A stretch of DNA of 42,198 nt. Source: a virus. The number at the start of each line of letters is the position of its first letter. Within the stretch, counting starts at the first letter, position 1. Below are positions 17,448-26,451 of this stretch, piece by piece. Made by a program: the position numbers and the translations under genes. Location of the stretch: positions 1-42,198 of IMG/VR virus record IMGVR_UViG_3300045988_036440. One strand, 5' to 3'. The notes beneath the pieces are model-generated. The model saw nothing but the letters and a program-made list of their open reading frames with translations. It was not told where the DNA came from and did no database searches.

Positions 17448-18491
17448 TCAGATGCCGTCCACGTACAGCATGGAGGTCTGATACATGAGCTGCACCTCGG
17501 ATGCGTTTGCCATATAGGCGGTGTCGTAGCAGACATTGGTGACGTTGGGGGCGCTCATCACGCGGGACAGGGGCACCAGCTCGTCCGCCTTGACAAAGCG
17601 GCGGTTGTTGACGTACACCACCATGCGGTCACCGCCGGAAGCACCAGCGCCCTTGACCCAGCGGGTGGGAACGATCTCCAGATCCACGCCGTGGTTTGCG
17701 GCCACGTTGTGCTTTTTCAGGAAGTCGTAGATGGTCTCAGTGCCCAGGTCACTCACCATGGTGGTGGTGATGTAGCTGTACTGCTCATAGGGGATCAGGA
17801 TGTGGTTGGGAATGCCTGCCTCGTCGTACTCGTTGGCAGCCCACACGGCAGTGATGGCGTTGTTGATGTCCGTCAAAATCTGCTTGGGGGTCTTGTCCGC
17901 CCACTTGGCAGAGGAACCGGTGCCAGAAGTTGCGGCAGTGGTCTTGGTGACATCGGGGTTGTTGACCAGGCCGGTGGTGGCATACTCATCAAAGCCCACG
18001 TAGGTGTTCTGATCCATGTGCTTGTCATAAGCCAGCCGGATGCCGTCCTGCAGCATCTGGTCAAGGCTGCGGCCGATGAAGTTTGCGCGCTGCATATCCA
18101 CGAACATCACGCGCAGAGCGGCGGCAAAGACATGGGCTTTGAATGCACCCTTGCTCACGCTGGCCTGCACCACAGGGATGCCGTTGGAACCGCCGCCGTT
18201 GACGGCAGAAGCGCCGGAGCCGCCCGCCATGCCGTAGGCCACGGACATGGCGGAGACGTAATCGACCCAGCCGCCGCCTACCTCGATGGGGATATCACGG
18301 GGATAGGTGACGCTGGTGAGGGGCTTGCGGATCAGCGGGTCACGCTTTTCCAGCTCGCTGGTGAGGAACGCATTGCCGCTCTGGATAGCAGCCGCGTCCA
18401 TGGTGGGAGTGCCGCCGGGCAGCGCAGCACCGGCGTTGTTTACGGTGAAAGTACCGGCATTGGTGGTGCCGACGTTCTGGAAGTTTGCCAT
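17448..18491 (-). CDS. Major capsid protein (DUF2184-type, HK97 fold inferred)
   Basis: 347 aa. The pattern FLTSELEKRDPLIRKPLTSVTYPRDIPIEVGGGW resembles DUF2184 capsid proteins. Position after the scaffold and decoration genes. Confidence 0.8.
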   Translation of the reverse strand: MANFQNVGTTNAGTFTVNNAGAALPGGTPTMDAAAIQSGNAFLTSELEKRDPLIRKPLTSVTYPRDIPIEVGGGWVDYVSAMSVAYGMAGGSGASAVNGGGSNGIPVVQASVSKGAFKAHVFAAALRVMFVDMQRANFIGRSLDQMLQDGIRLAYDKHMDQNTYVGFDEYATTGLVNNPDVTKTTAATSGTGSSAKWADKTPKQILTDINNAITAVWAANEYDEAGIPNHILIPYEQYSYITTTMVSDLGTETIYDFLKKHNVAANHGVDLEIVPTRWVKGAGASGGDRMVVYVNNRRFVKADELVPLSRVMSAPNVTNVCYDTAYMANASEVQLMYQTSMLYVDGI

Positions 18492-18507
18492 AGTCTAAGC
18501 CCTCCTA

Positions 18508-19032
18508 TCAGGCGTTTGCACGGGTGAGGATGACCAGCTCGGCCACGCCGTTGGCATCAGCCGCGCCGCCCCACTGGCAGTTGGTGAGTTTGACGGAGTT
18601 TCCGGCGGTCTTGTCGTCCACTTCCGCCTCAAAGCCGCCGACCAGTGCGGTGGCATAGTCAGCGGTTTTGGCAATGCGGACGTAAACGTCACCGCCCAGA
18701 GCCGGGGTCCCGCGCTGGCACAGCACGTTGATGCTGCCGCGCTGAAACACGCTGCAGGCCTCGCCGGGGGCGTATTTGCCGCCGTTCTGGTCAGGATAGA
18801 CCAGGGCACTCTTGACCTCGCTGCCTGCAATGCCTGCGAACTGTGCAGCGGTAGTGCCTGCGCCGCCCATCACGATGACCTTGCCGCTGTCATACTTCAG
18901 GGCAGTGCCAAAGGGAATGTTTTCGGTGCCGCCAACGGGGCGGGTGTTGACGATCATATCCGGCTGACGGGCATAAGTGCCAGCAAAGCCGTGGGGCATG
19001 GTCTTGCCGATAATCTGAGTGTTCAGGGACAT
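18508..19032 (-). CDS. Head decoration / minor capsid protein (DUF2190-like position)
   Basis: 174 aa, between the DUF2213-like gene and the capsid gene. Confidence 0.45.
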   Translation of the reverse strand: MSLNTQIIGKTMPHGFAGTYARQPDMIVNTRPVGGTENIPFGTALKYDSGKVIVMGGAGTTAAQFAGIAGSEVKSALVYPDQNGGKYAPGEACSVFQRGSINVLCQRGTPALGGDVYVRIAKTADYATALVGGFEAEVDDKTAGNSVKLTNCQWGGAADANGVAELVILTRANA

Positions 19033-19035
19033 GGT

Positions 19036-20235
19036 TTAGTCCTCCTTCTTCATGTGGGGATTGCGGTCGTTGTAAGCGGACTGGGAAGCCTGGCACAACT
19101 GCTCATACCGGTTCTTACCGGATGCGCTGGCGGCAGCGGCGGCGCTGTCCTGCGCAGCCTTTGCGATGGCATCCACGGAGCTGGTGCCCTTGACCTGCTC
19201 GATCAGGGCCTTGGACAGGGCATCACGGGTGGCCTTGTCCTGGACGCTGTTGATGATGGGGCGCATGGCCTTCAGCAGATCCAGGCCGCTGTCATTGGCG
19301 GCAGGCTTTGCGCACTCGTCCTCGGAAGGAACAGTGGTGGAACCGCTTTCGTCCTTGCCCTCTTCCTTCTTGTCAGGCTTTTCGCCGGACATTTCAGCGA
19401 TCACCTTGTCCAGGTCTTCCGGCTCTTTGTCCTCTGCCTTTTTGGTGTTGGCAGCGATCAGCTGATCCAGCTTGCCGGAAAGGTTGTTCAGTGCGTCCAG
19501 AACAGCAGTGTTCTGGGTGTCAGCGGGTACTGCATCCCCAGCGGGTACTGCATCCTGCGCCGGAACGGCGGGTGCTGCATCCAGCGCTGCGGCAGCGGTC
19601 TCCACCATACTGTCAAGCTCTTCGGGGGCCGCGTTCTTTGCCGCCAGACCGAACAGAGACAGCAAACTCTTGCTCTTGCTCATGTGTTTTACCTTGCCTT
19701 TCTCCGCCGGAAGTTCGGCGGCACTGTCTTTAATTGCGACATCACGGCCAGCGCGCCCACGGGGCACGATGGCGATGTGATTTCCTCTGATATGGGTCTG
19801 CCGGTATCCTGCACCGTCTGCCTCGTACTGGCAGTAATAGCCGCAGGACACATCCCGCATGGCCCCGTTCTTGACCTCGGAGATCAGTGTGGGGTCTTTC
19901 AGGTACAGGTCAGCCACCAGATAATCACCCACTCGGCGCACATTCTCTGCGTGGCCTTTGGAGTAGGCGGCCTGATTTTCCTGCACGATCATCTCCGAGG
20001 GATGGGTATTGGTGACATCTTTGCCCTCAAAGCTGGCAATTGCAGCCGGGTCAAACACGTCCTCGGCGCTTCGTGTCACCTGAAGAACACGCTCCGGCAT
20101 CCCGTCCAGCCCGATTTCCCGGGCCAGATAGTTCTGCGTGCCGGTACGGGCGATTTTGACATCGTGGCAAATTAAAAAGCCCTCCGGCGTTTCCGTCATG
20201 TGAGGGCTCAGTTTGCTTCCATAGTACGCAATCAA
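19036..20235 (-). CDS. Prohead scaffold/protease-like protein (DUF2213-like)
   Basis: The N-terminus TETPEGFLICHDVKIARTGTQNY resembles DUF2213. The C-terminal half is acidic and low-complexity, like a scaffold. Confidence 0.6.
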   Translation of the reverse strand: MIAYYGSKLSPHMTETPEGFLICHDVKIARTGTQNYLAREIGLDGMPERVLQVTRSAEDVFDPAAIASFEGKDVTNTHPSEMIVQENQAAYSKGHAENVRRVGDYLVADLYLKDPTLISEVKNGAMRDVSCGYYCQYEADGAGYRQTHIRGNHIAIVPRGRAGRDVAIKDSAAELPAEKGKVKHMSKSKSLLSLFGLAAKNAAPEELDSMVETAAAALDAAPAVPAQDAVPAGDAVPADTQNTAVLDALNNLSGKLDQLIAANTKKAEDKEPEDLDKVIAEMSGEKPDKKEEGKDESGSTTVPSEDECAKPAANDSGLDLLKAMRPIINSVQDKATRDALSKALIEQVKGTSSVDAIAKAAQDSAAAAASASGKNRYEQLCQASQSAYNDRNPHMKKED

Positions 20236-21386
20236 TCGGCATCACCTCCGCTTCTGTATGCGTTCATCCATTTGTGATATTTTTCGTCGTCTGCCAGCTT
20301 GTGCCGCTGGAAGGTCTCAAAGGTCTTGGGCACCTTGTCTCCCAGAGCCGTGCGGTAATTTTCCCACTGGCGGTAATCCCGCAGCCACTTGGAGCGTCCC
20401 TGCTGCTTTTTGCGGTAGGCTTCGATCTGTGCCTTGGTGCGCGGGTCCCGGCTGTAGGGATTTGTTGTGGGGTCAGAAAAGTGCCTGATCCGTTCCAGTT
20501 CTTTCTCCGTCCGCCCGGCGGGTGTCCATGGACGAAGGGCGTGCAAGCAGTTCGGGTGGATGTTCAACCAGCTGTTGGTCAGGTCATTTGGCCCGGCGGG
20601 GTCTACTTTGCCGAACGCATCCGAAAGAGGAGGGAAGTGCGGGTCTTTACCGCTCTTGCTGTATACCCGTCCCTCATACGGAGCGCAGAGGGCACAGGTT
20701 GTGCCGTGGGAGCTGATCTGATACAAGTCCTGCCCCTCGTCCTGCGTCACCACAGACAGGATTTCGGCCTGCCGAGACGTGGTGCGGGAGACCATCGTTG
20801 CATAGGTATGCAGGCTCCAATTGCGGCCCGCCTTGTCTGTGAACGCCGTCACGCCCTCCCGGCGCAGAGCATCCACAAAGGCGGGAACGCTCTGGTTCAC
20901 GCCCCTTCCCACAGCCTGCTGTGCCGCCACCTGCTCCAGACCGATACGCCGGTATACGTCCGGCTCAGTCCGGCCCAGAAGGGCGCTTTGCAGAGCGGAA
21001 AGCACCGTCAGGTTTCCGTCCACCAGCTGGCCCATGAGGTTCATCGTGAGCTTCTGCACGATATCCGTCTGGGTGCTGGTAAGGCTCTGGGCGTTGGTGT
21101 AGCCGCGCAGGTGCTTTTCCACGGTCTCGCCGGGAATCGCCCGGGCCTCCGGGTGATGGACATAAAACTGCGCCTCGACCATGCGGGGCACATACTCCCA
21201 TTCATCCGTTTCCAGCTTTCGGAGAATTTCCTGCACCCGTTCCAGTGCGGCCACGGCGTGATAGTCCACAAGCCCCCGACTGCGCAGGCGGCCGATCTCG
21301 TTGATGATATCGGTCTCAGCCTTGAGATAAATCCGGATCAGGCGTTGCAGCTCCCGATCAGGGGATGCACGTGCAAGGGTCGGCAT
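20232..21386 (-). CDS. Minor head morphogenesis protein, SPP1 gp7 / Mu F family
   Basis: C-terminal TTCALCAPYEGRVY...IHPNCLHALRPW pattern. Located after the portal gene. Confidence 0.75.
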   Translation of the reverse strand: MPTLARASPDRELQRLIRIYLKAETDIINEIGRLRSRGLVDYHAVAALERVQEILRKLETDEWEYVPRMVEAQFYVHHPEARAIPGETVEKHLRGYTNAQSLTSTQTDIVQKLTMNLMGQLVDGNLTVLSALQSALLGRTEPDVYRRIGLEQVAAQQAVGRGVNQSVPAFVDALRREGVTAFTDKAGRNWSLHTYATMVSRTTSRQAEILSVVTQDEGQDLYQISSHGTTCALCAPYEGRVYSKSGKDPHFPPLSDAFGKVDPAGPNDLTNSWLNIHPNCLHALRPWTPAGRTEKELERIRHFSDPTTNPYSRDPRTKAQIEAYRKKQQGRSKWLRDYRQWENYRTALGDKVPKTFETFQRHKLADDEKYHKWMNAYRSGGDAD

Positions 21387-21389
21387 GTA

Positions 21390-22814
21390 TTATTCGCCCT
21401 CCTCGGTGTCTTCCTGCGTCTTTTCTGTCATCAGCCCTGCCAGCGGGTCACGCAGGGCGGTCACGTCCTGATAGGTCTGGCCCTGCTTTGCGGCGATCAG
21501 TTCGTCGGTCAGGGAGCCGAACAGGCCGGTCTCGTCCTCTAGTTTCTTGAGCTCGCGCATTGCCACATCTGCATCCAGAAGCCCTGCCTGAAACGCCGCA
21601 ATGATGACATCGGTCTTTTCCTTGGCGATCGTCGCCGTCTCGCTTGCGGTGGGTGTCCACAGCGGCGGGAACGTTACATCAAGGTCGATCTGCTCAATTC
21701 CTGCGCTGCGGGCCACTACAGGAAGCAGCTTGTCCAGAATGGGCCGCAGTTTGCTTTCCCTCAATGTGTCCACGTAGTCATAGTAATTTTTCAGGTCGCT
21801 TTCGCCGGTGGCGTTCATGCCCGCCGGGGAACGGCCAAAAAGCTTGGTCATGGGGTAGTGGGAGGCACCGCACAGGTTCAGGCACATGCTCTCGTACACG
21901 TCAGACAGGCCTGCAAAGGTGTACTGGGTGTTGCTGATCTTGTTTCCCTGCTCCACCAGCTGCATCCCGAAACTGGAGCGCAGGACCTTCTGGGCCTGCA
22001 TGGTGTTCCAGAAACGACGCTGCACATCCGGGCTGGACATGGAGAGCAGCTGCTCCAGCCCCTTTACCTCCATCGTGTTGACGTTCGCCTGGAAGGTCAA
22101 CGCAGCCATGTTGGCGCTTACGTTGTCGTGAGCCACCACGTCATTATAGAGCGCTTCCACCTCGGACTCGCCCCAGTAAAGCTCCGCCTGCCGTTCCAGA
22201 TCGGGAAGATCCCGGCCCACAAACCGCACAAGGCGGGAGTGATGGACACGGGCGGCAGTGTGCCCGGCGGCATCGTTGATGCTGTAATACTCCGGGACCA
22301 GCTCTCCGCCCTCAAAGGTCAGGCCTGCATCCGGGCTGATACCCTGCCAGCGGTCGAGGATGTACAATCCACGGAAGCTGCCGGGAAGAATAGCCTCTGC
22401 ATCCAGCGGGCGGGAAAGGTCCTCCTGCCCGTCAATGAGGATAAGCCCGGCGGCACCGCCATACAGGCGGCCCCATTTTAGGCCAGTGCTCACACGGTCA
22501 CGGAGCCGGGTGGAACGCTCCACAGTCTGGATCGCCTTTCCTTGCTCTGGTGTGGTGCTCTTGAGGTCGTACCACTCTCGCAGCATATCGTCCACGAGCA
22601 AGCCCACAACGTTCTGCACCACCCAGTTGCTGCGGTACAAGCTGTTCAGCAGGGCGTAATTGTCCGTCATCCGGGTCAGCGGGTATTCCGTTGCTTCCAG
22701 CGGGCTTTGGGAGCCGTACCCCAGCGAGAACAGCGGGTTGGAAAATGCGTCCAGCGTGGCCGTCATCGGTTTCTCTGTGCCCCCGGCGGGGCGGCTTTTG
22801 TTACGTCTGGACAC
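21390..22814 (-). CDS. Portal protein (DUF1073-type)
   Basis: Start proposed at GTG 22814 (RBS GGAGG, 7-nt spacer; overlaps the terL end). An alternative ATG lies at 22766. The long 22946 start in the track is rejected. Confidence 0.8.
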   Translation of the reverse strand: MSRRNKSRPAGGTEKPMTATLDAFSNPLFSLGYGSQSPLEATEYPLTRMTDNYALLNSLYRSNWVVQNVVGLLVDDMLREWYDLKSTTPEQGKAIQTVERSTRLRDRVSTGLKWGRLYGGAAGLILIDGQEDLSRPLDAEAILPGSFRGLYILDRWQGISPDAGLTFEGGELVPEYYSINDAAGHTAARVHHSRLVRFVGRDLPDLERQAELYWGESEVEALYNDVVAHDNVSANMAALTFQANVNTMEVKGLEQLLSMSSPDVQRRFWNTMQAQKVLRSSFGMQLVEQGNKISNTQYTFAGLSDVYESMCLNLCGASHYPMTKLFGRSPAGMNATGESDLKNYYDYVDTLRESKLRPILDKLLPVVARSAGIEQIDLDVTFPPLWTPTASETATIAKEKTDVIIAAFQAGLLDADVAMRELKKLEDETGLFGSLTDELIAAKQGQTYQDVTALRDPLAGLMTEKTQEDTEEGE

Positions 22815-24036
22815 GTTCAAACCTCCAATCAGGCAGTGAGTTGATATAGTAGCGCAGGGCATCCGGGCCGTGGTCCTGCTGTTTGATGGGCTTTTCCACG
22901 CCCATGAGGGCGGCTTTATCATCCCACCGGTATGTGCCGAGTTCATCCAGCAGCCCTTCGCAGTCGGTGGAGATCAGCAGATCGCGGTGGGAAAGGAGCG
23001 TGCTGCACTTGCGGATGCCGTTCAGTACGTCGTTGTTTCCTTCCATCACATAAACGCCGCGCTGTCGCAAGGCTGTGATAAAGGACGCTGCCGCCGGGTC
23101 AACGATGGCGGCGCAGGGGTCTTTCCCCATAAACTCCATGAAGGCATCGGCATACTCTTCATCTGTTTTCTGCCTGTGCTCCTGGCGGCTGTCCCACCGG
23201 TATTCCCGATGTACCCGGACTTTCTCGCCGTCATCGTATACATCGAGGTAGACGGTCGGGTTGGTGGTTCCGTAGTCGCATGTAATGGTACGGGTGGAAA
23301 GGCTCTTGAATCCCACCGGTGCGTCCTGCGGGCGGTATGTGTTGGCGGTGGTGTCCATCATATCGTAGATCAGGCCCTCGGCCATCACCCAGCGGCCCAG
23401 AATGTAGCGTTCATAGAACACGCCGCTGTACATGCTGCGGTAGCGTTCCCGGGTGCGCTCATCCAGTGACGGGTTATCGTCCATCAGGAAGTGCAGATGC
23501 AGCGCCCGGTGCTTTTTGGCCTGTAAGATCCACTCCTTGCGAAACCAGTGCTCGGGGTTTTCCGGGTTGCAATTGAACCAGGACTTGGCACCGGTGACAG
23601 AGCATCGGGCCAACGCCTGCTCCACAAAGCTGCGGGGCATGAGCGCCACCTCGTCCAGAAGCACCCCGGCCAGCGTGATGCCCTGAATGAGCATGTAAGA
23701 ACTTTCGTCCTTACCGCCGAACAGGTACACCATGTTCACCTTGCTGCCGCGCTGCACCGTGAGAACGTGGCCGCTGCGGTTGTAGGTGATCTGGAACTGC
23801 TGCTGCAAGTACCGGACAGACAAAAGCGGCTGAACAATGTTGCGTTCCACCGCGCCCACGCTCTTGCCGCAAAAGGCGAAAGAGCAGTGGTTGAATTCTG
23901 CCATCATCCAGAGCACGAAGGACAGGGACATGATGGAGGTCTTGCCGGAACGTACTGCGCCGTCGCAGATCAGGGCATCGTAGTCGCTTTCATACGGGAA
24001 GGTCAGGATCTGTTTTTGCTTCGGAGAGAAGCTCAT
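22801..24036 (-). CDS. terL: Terminase large subunit (PBSX-type)
   Basis: Walker A motif CDGAVRSGKTS. 411 aa, located after the small subunit. Confidence 0.9.
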   Translation of the reverse strand: MSFSPKQKQILTFPYESDYDALICDGAVRSGKTSIMSLSFVLWMMAEFNHCSFAFCGKSVGAVERNIVQPLLSVRYLQQQFQITYNRSGHVLTVQRGSKVNMVYLFGGKDESSYMLIQGITLAGVLLDEVALMPRSFVEQALARCSVTGAKSWFNCNPENPEHWFRKEWILQAKKHRALHLHFLMDDNPSLDERTRERYRSMYSGVFYERYILGRWVMAEGLIYDMMDTTANTYRPQDAPVGFKSLSTRTITCDYGTTNPTVYLDVYDDGEKVRVHREYRWDSRQEHRQKTDEEYADAFMEFMGKDPCAAIVDPAAASFITALRQRGVYVMEGNNDVLNGIRKCSTLLSHRDLLISTDCEGLLDELGTYRWDDKAALMGVEKPIKQQDHGPDALRYYINSLPDWRFERVQT

Positions 24037-24500
24037 TTCTTAAACTCCTCCTTCAAGCTCTTGGTGATGGGGTCGTCCTCAACGGTCTGCATAGCTTCAC
24101 TCTCAACCGGCTTGTCCTTCCATCCGAAGTTTACCTGCAAGCTGAATCTTGCGCCGTTTGTGCCGTCCCGATCGAACAGCCGTTCTTCGGCGTATTTCTC
24201 GCACCGTAGTTTCGCGCGCGTTATCGTGTCAGAAAACTCGGGCTTGCCTTGATAGTCGATTAAAGATTGCCGAGACTTAAAACCCAACGCCAAAGCTAGA
24301 CCGGTGACAGTTTCTGGACGTTCGTCGATTTTTATCACGTTTCCGTATTTGTCCAAAACAGGCTTTCCGGTTTCGTCTTCTAGGACGCTCCCTTCACAGC
24401 TTTTGAAGAACTCTTCGATTTTTTTCTCAAGTTCTTCTTTGCTCTCAAAGACGGGCGGTCTGCCTATTCTTTTTTTTTTGCTGTAGGCCACCGCCACCAC
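24033..24500 (-). CDS. terS: Terminase small subunit
   Basis: The pattern RPETVTGLALALGFKSRQSLIDY is typical of the TerS HTH region. The most likely start is GTG 24491, which lies 8 nt after AGGAAGG. Confidence 0.75.
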   Translation of the reverse strand: MVAVAYSKKKRIGRPPVFESKEELEKKIEEFFKSCEGSVLEDETGKPVLDKYGNVIKIDERPETVTGLALALGFKSRQSLIDYQGKPEFSDTITRAKLRCEKYAEERLFDRDGTNGARFSLQVNFGWKDKPVESEAMQTVEDDPITKSLKEEFKK

Positions 24501-24515
24501 CTTCCTAAATCAGGG

Positions 24516-24549
24516 TATAATAAAACCCCGCCCCAGTGTGGGGCAGGGT
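24516..24549 (-). terminator. Rho-independent terminator after the antirepressor gene, upstream of terS
   Basis: Minus-sense hairpin ACCCTGCCCC-ACACT-GGGGCGGGGT followed by TTTTATTAT. Confidence 0.6.
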
Positions 24550-24563
24550 CGAGTTAATTTGTC

Positions 24564-25337
24564 TTACTGCTTCTTAAGATAGTAATTGATAAGATAAATC
24601 TGGCCTTTCCCGGTGACTTTGGTCGTCTTATCAATAGTTGTGTGTCCATCAGAGTGTACTCGGGTAGATTCGCGCACCTTAAACAGCCCCAGCTCCATAG
24701 CCTTTTGTGTAGGCATATTGAAATCCGAACGCTTGCGGTCTTTCACAAGGAACCCGTCAGCTCTGAGCTGTTCGTACAAGCGATTCTGCCCGGTTTCAAT
24801 GCCGTTCTGCTTGAGCAACTTTGCCAGTTCACTAACCAAAATGCACCGGTCACTCACACTTACGGCATCTGCAAACAGACCTTTGGGCGCAAGCTTTGCG
24901 TTCTCTTCGCTGAGTGCCTTGTTCTTATCCTGCTCGGTCTTGAGCTGCTGGCAGAGTTGAATCATGGTATCAGGGTTGAGGATAGCCGCCTGCAACGTCT
25001 CCGGTGTCATGTATGCGCCGTGCTTGCGGATACTGGGCAGAACATCGGAAGTGACCCAGTCGGTGAACTTTTCCGCACTGGGCAGCTTGGAACCGAACAC
25101 CAGACGGTAAAGGTCGGATTCAGGGATGAAAATTGCATCCTGTGTTCTGCCGAGGGAATCCGTGATGGGGTAACGTTTCGTTAGGTCACCCTTGCAGTGG
25201 TCGTTGAGTGCCTTGCTCGGGTTGCTGTATCCAAGTGCCTTGGCGATGTCTGCGCCGCAAAACAAAACCGTACCGTCATTGTCCATCGTGCGAACGGTGC
25301 CAAAATCGGGGTTGTTGAAAATCTGAATGTTGCTCAT
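24564..25337 (-). CDS. Antirepressor, BRO-N domain plus KilAC domain
   Basis: N-terminal FGTVRTMDNDGTVLFCGADIAKALGY (BRO-N). C-terminal half resembles KilAC (LVSELAKLLKQNGIETGQNRLYEQLR). Confidence 0.8.
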   Translation of the reverse strand: MSNIQIFNNPDFGTVRTMDNDGTVLFCGADIAKALGYSNPSKALNDHCKGDLTKRYPITDSLGRTQDAIFIPESDLYRLVFGSKLPSAEKFTDWVTSDVLPSIRKHGAYMTPETLQAAILNPDTMIQLCQQLKTEQDKNKALSEENAKLAPKGLFADAVSVSDRCILVSELAKLLKQNGIETGQNRLYEQLRADGFLVKDRKRSDFNMPTQKAMELGLFKVRESTRVHSDGHTTIDKTTKVTGKGQIYLINYYLKKQ

Positions 25338-25495
25338 TTTACTTTCTCCTTTTTGCTAAAGGCCATGCCATCAGCATAAGCCTGATTCACAAGTCGGCAA
25401 ATTTCATCGATGAGCCCCTTCAGACTATCATTGAGATCCGATTCTTCCATGTGCGATGAACGAAGGAAGAATTCTTTGGTAACAGGATAGTTCAT
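25334..25495 (-). CDS. Small hypothetical protein (53 aa)
   Basis: Start at MNYPVTKEFF, with GAGG 8 nt upstream. ATGA-type coupling to the antirepressor gene. Confidence 0.5.
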   Translation of the reverse strand: MNYPVTKEFFLRSSHMEESDLNDSLKGLIDEICRLVNQAYADGMAFSKKEKVK

Positions 25496-25517
25496 TGTAA
25501 AAACCTCACATTTCATC

Positions 25518-25546
25518 TTGACAAATCGCTTATAAAAAAATAAAAT
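25518..25546 (+). promoter_or_regulatory. Sigma-70-type promoter: TTGACA, 17-nt spacer, TAAAAT
   Basis: Read directly. It points rightward, antisense to the leftward operon. Confidence 0.5.
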
Positions 25547-25552
25547 GGAGGT

Positions 25553-25622
25553 GCAAGGGGCTTTCGTGATGGTTTGCTTCTGGCGTTTAGCGGTTCAGCG
25601 TTCCAGCGCTGGCCGCTTTTTT
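25553..25622 (+). ncRNA. Putative antisense small RNA of about 70 nt, running from the 25518 promoter to the 25590-25622 terminator
   Basis: The promoter is followed by hairpin GCGG-TT-CAGCG-TTCCA-CGCTG-G-CCGC and a TTTTTT run. No credible ORF lies inside. Confidence 0.3.
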
Positions 25623-25685
25623 ATATTTCTCGAAACGTGCCAACTGCTCGGCTCTGGTGAGCTTTGCAAACTCCTTGCTAGTCAC
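25587..25685 (-). CDS. Possible very small protein (32 aa, GTG start)
   Basis: RBS GGGAGGTG with a 7-nt spacer. Hand translation: VTSKEFAKLTRAEQLARFEKYKKAASAGTLNR. Confidence 0.3.
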   Translation of the reverse strand: MTSKEFAKLTRAEQLARFEKYKKAASAGTLNR

Positions 25686-25743
25686 GGAGCATCACCTCCC
25701 GGTATTTGCTCCCTTGCACCTCTGACCTCCTTCCAATGCATCT

Positions 25744-25772
25744 ATTATACTACGATTTGCGTAATTCGTCAA
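25744..25772 (-). promoter_or_regulatory. Leftward near-consensus promoter: TTGACG, 17-nt spacer, TATAAT
   Basis: Minus-sense CGTATTGACGAATTACGCAAATCGTAGTATAATAGATG. Confidence 0.6.
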
Positions 25773-25816
25773 TACGTTTTTCGTAATTTCTACAAATATT
25801 TTTTACGCTTTGCGTA

Positions 25817-25845
25817 TTGACTATTAACGGATGGCGTAGTATTAT
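25817..25845 (+). promoter_or_regulatory. Rightward promoter: TTGACT, 17-nt spacer, TATTAT, for the HTH gene
   Basis: Plus-sense CGTATTGACTATTAACGGATGGCGTAGTATTATAGATG. It matches the leftward promoter at about 30 of 39 positions, forming an inverted duplication. Confidence 0.6.
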
Positions 25846-25870
25846 AGATGTAGGAAAAGAGGTGCTAGAA

Positions 25871-26152
25871 ATGTCGATAAGCTATCACTTAAAGGCCTTG
25901 CTCGCAGACGCAAACATGACCCAAAAGGAACTCGCAGAAGCTACTGGGATTAGACCGCCTACCATATCAGCAATCTGTCTTGGCACTATCAAGCAGTTTC
26001 CCGTTGGGGCGCTTGACAAAATTTGTGAAGTGCTTCATTGCCAACCCGGCGATATACTGGAATATATCCCGGACGACCCGAACAAGCCTGAATCCGATGA
26101 AGAAACGGACGCTTTGCGTGCCGCACTTCTCAATCAGATCAAAGGTTTGTAA
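25871..26152 (+). CDS. XRE-family helix-turn-helix regulator (93 aa), on the opposite strand to its neighbours
   Basis: The HTH pattern MTQKELAEATGIRPPTISAICLG and RBS GAAAAGAGGTG. The TTG 25817 start in the ORF track is rejected. Confidence 0.8.
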   Translation: MSISYHLKALLADANMTQKELAEATGIRPPTISAICLGTIKQFPVGALDKICEVLHCQPGDILEYIPDDPNKPESDEETDALRAALLNQIKGL

Positions 26153-26158
26153 TTCAAA

Positions 26159-26184
26159 GCCCTGCCGCTTGGCGGGGCTTTTTT
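26159..26184 (+). terminator. Rho-independent terminator after the HTH gene
   Basis: 8-bp stem GCCCTGCC/GGCGGGGC with loop GCTT, followed by TTTTTT. Confidence 0.75.
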
Positions 26185-26193
26185 GCATAGAAT

Positions 26194-26329
26194 AGCCGTC
26201 AGCCGGATTTGAACCAGCACCCACGGAATGGATGTGCGCAGTGGTTGGCTGTGCAGTGATGTTCCCGTGGTGTCACCAGCGTTGTCCCGCCTTAAATGGG
26301 CGGCGCTCTCCCAGTTGAGCTATGACGGC
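26194..26329 (-). ncRNA. Aberrant 136-nt tRNA-like RNA. It has a Lys(UUU)-type anticodon loop with A33 and a 68-nt insertion at the variable-loop position.
   Basis: Acceptor GCCGTCA/TGACGGC. D arm GCTC-AACTGGGA-GAGC. Anticodon arm CCGCC-CATTTAA-GGCGG. T arm GCTGG-TTCAAAT-CCGGC. The insertion forms the helix CCACGGGA/TTCCGTGG, capped by a 34-nt C/A-rich loop. Confidence 0.55.
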
Positions 26330-26451
26330 ATATAAGCAGCAACGCCGTAATCTGTTTTTACCGGACAGTAAGACGTTGCCGCTGCATCCGGAACTTTCGC
26401 GGCCAGATGCCCCGCTATACTTTACACAGCCGCCCCCGGTCATGCAAAGTC

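Noticed and set aside
19521-19556. An 18-bp tandem duplication (CAGCGGGTACTGCATCC-C/T), giving DAVPAG-DAVPA in the scaffold-like protein
   Set aside because: It is real but lies in a low-complexity acidic linker. It is most likely neutral slippage and was not pursued.
8913-21542. Large antisense ORFs opposite the structural genes (for example 8913..10016, 11205..12422, 14217..15215, 16284..17315, 17691..18527, 18991..20175 and 20274..21542, all plus strand)
   Set aside because: These are typical GC-rich shadow frames: they lack ribosome binding sites, are rich in Arg/Gly/His/Leu, and each fully overlaps a minus-strand gene with clear family motifs and operon coupling.
25545-25820. The 91-aa plus-strand ORF
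   Set aside because: It runs through a terminator hairpin and two promoters, has an implausible composition, and has no convincing start context. The region is interpreted as regulatory.
26194-26329. The tRNA-like element as an ochre/amber suppressor tRNA (anticodon UUA) that could explain the in-frame TAG
   Set aside because: With the only consistent 5-bp anticodon stem (CCGCC/GGCGG), the 7-nt loop is CAUUUAA. This places UUU, not UUA, at positions 34-36. The alternative registers do not pair.
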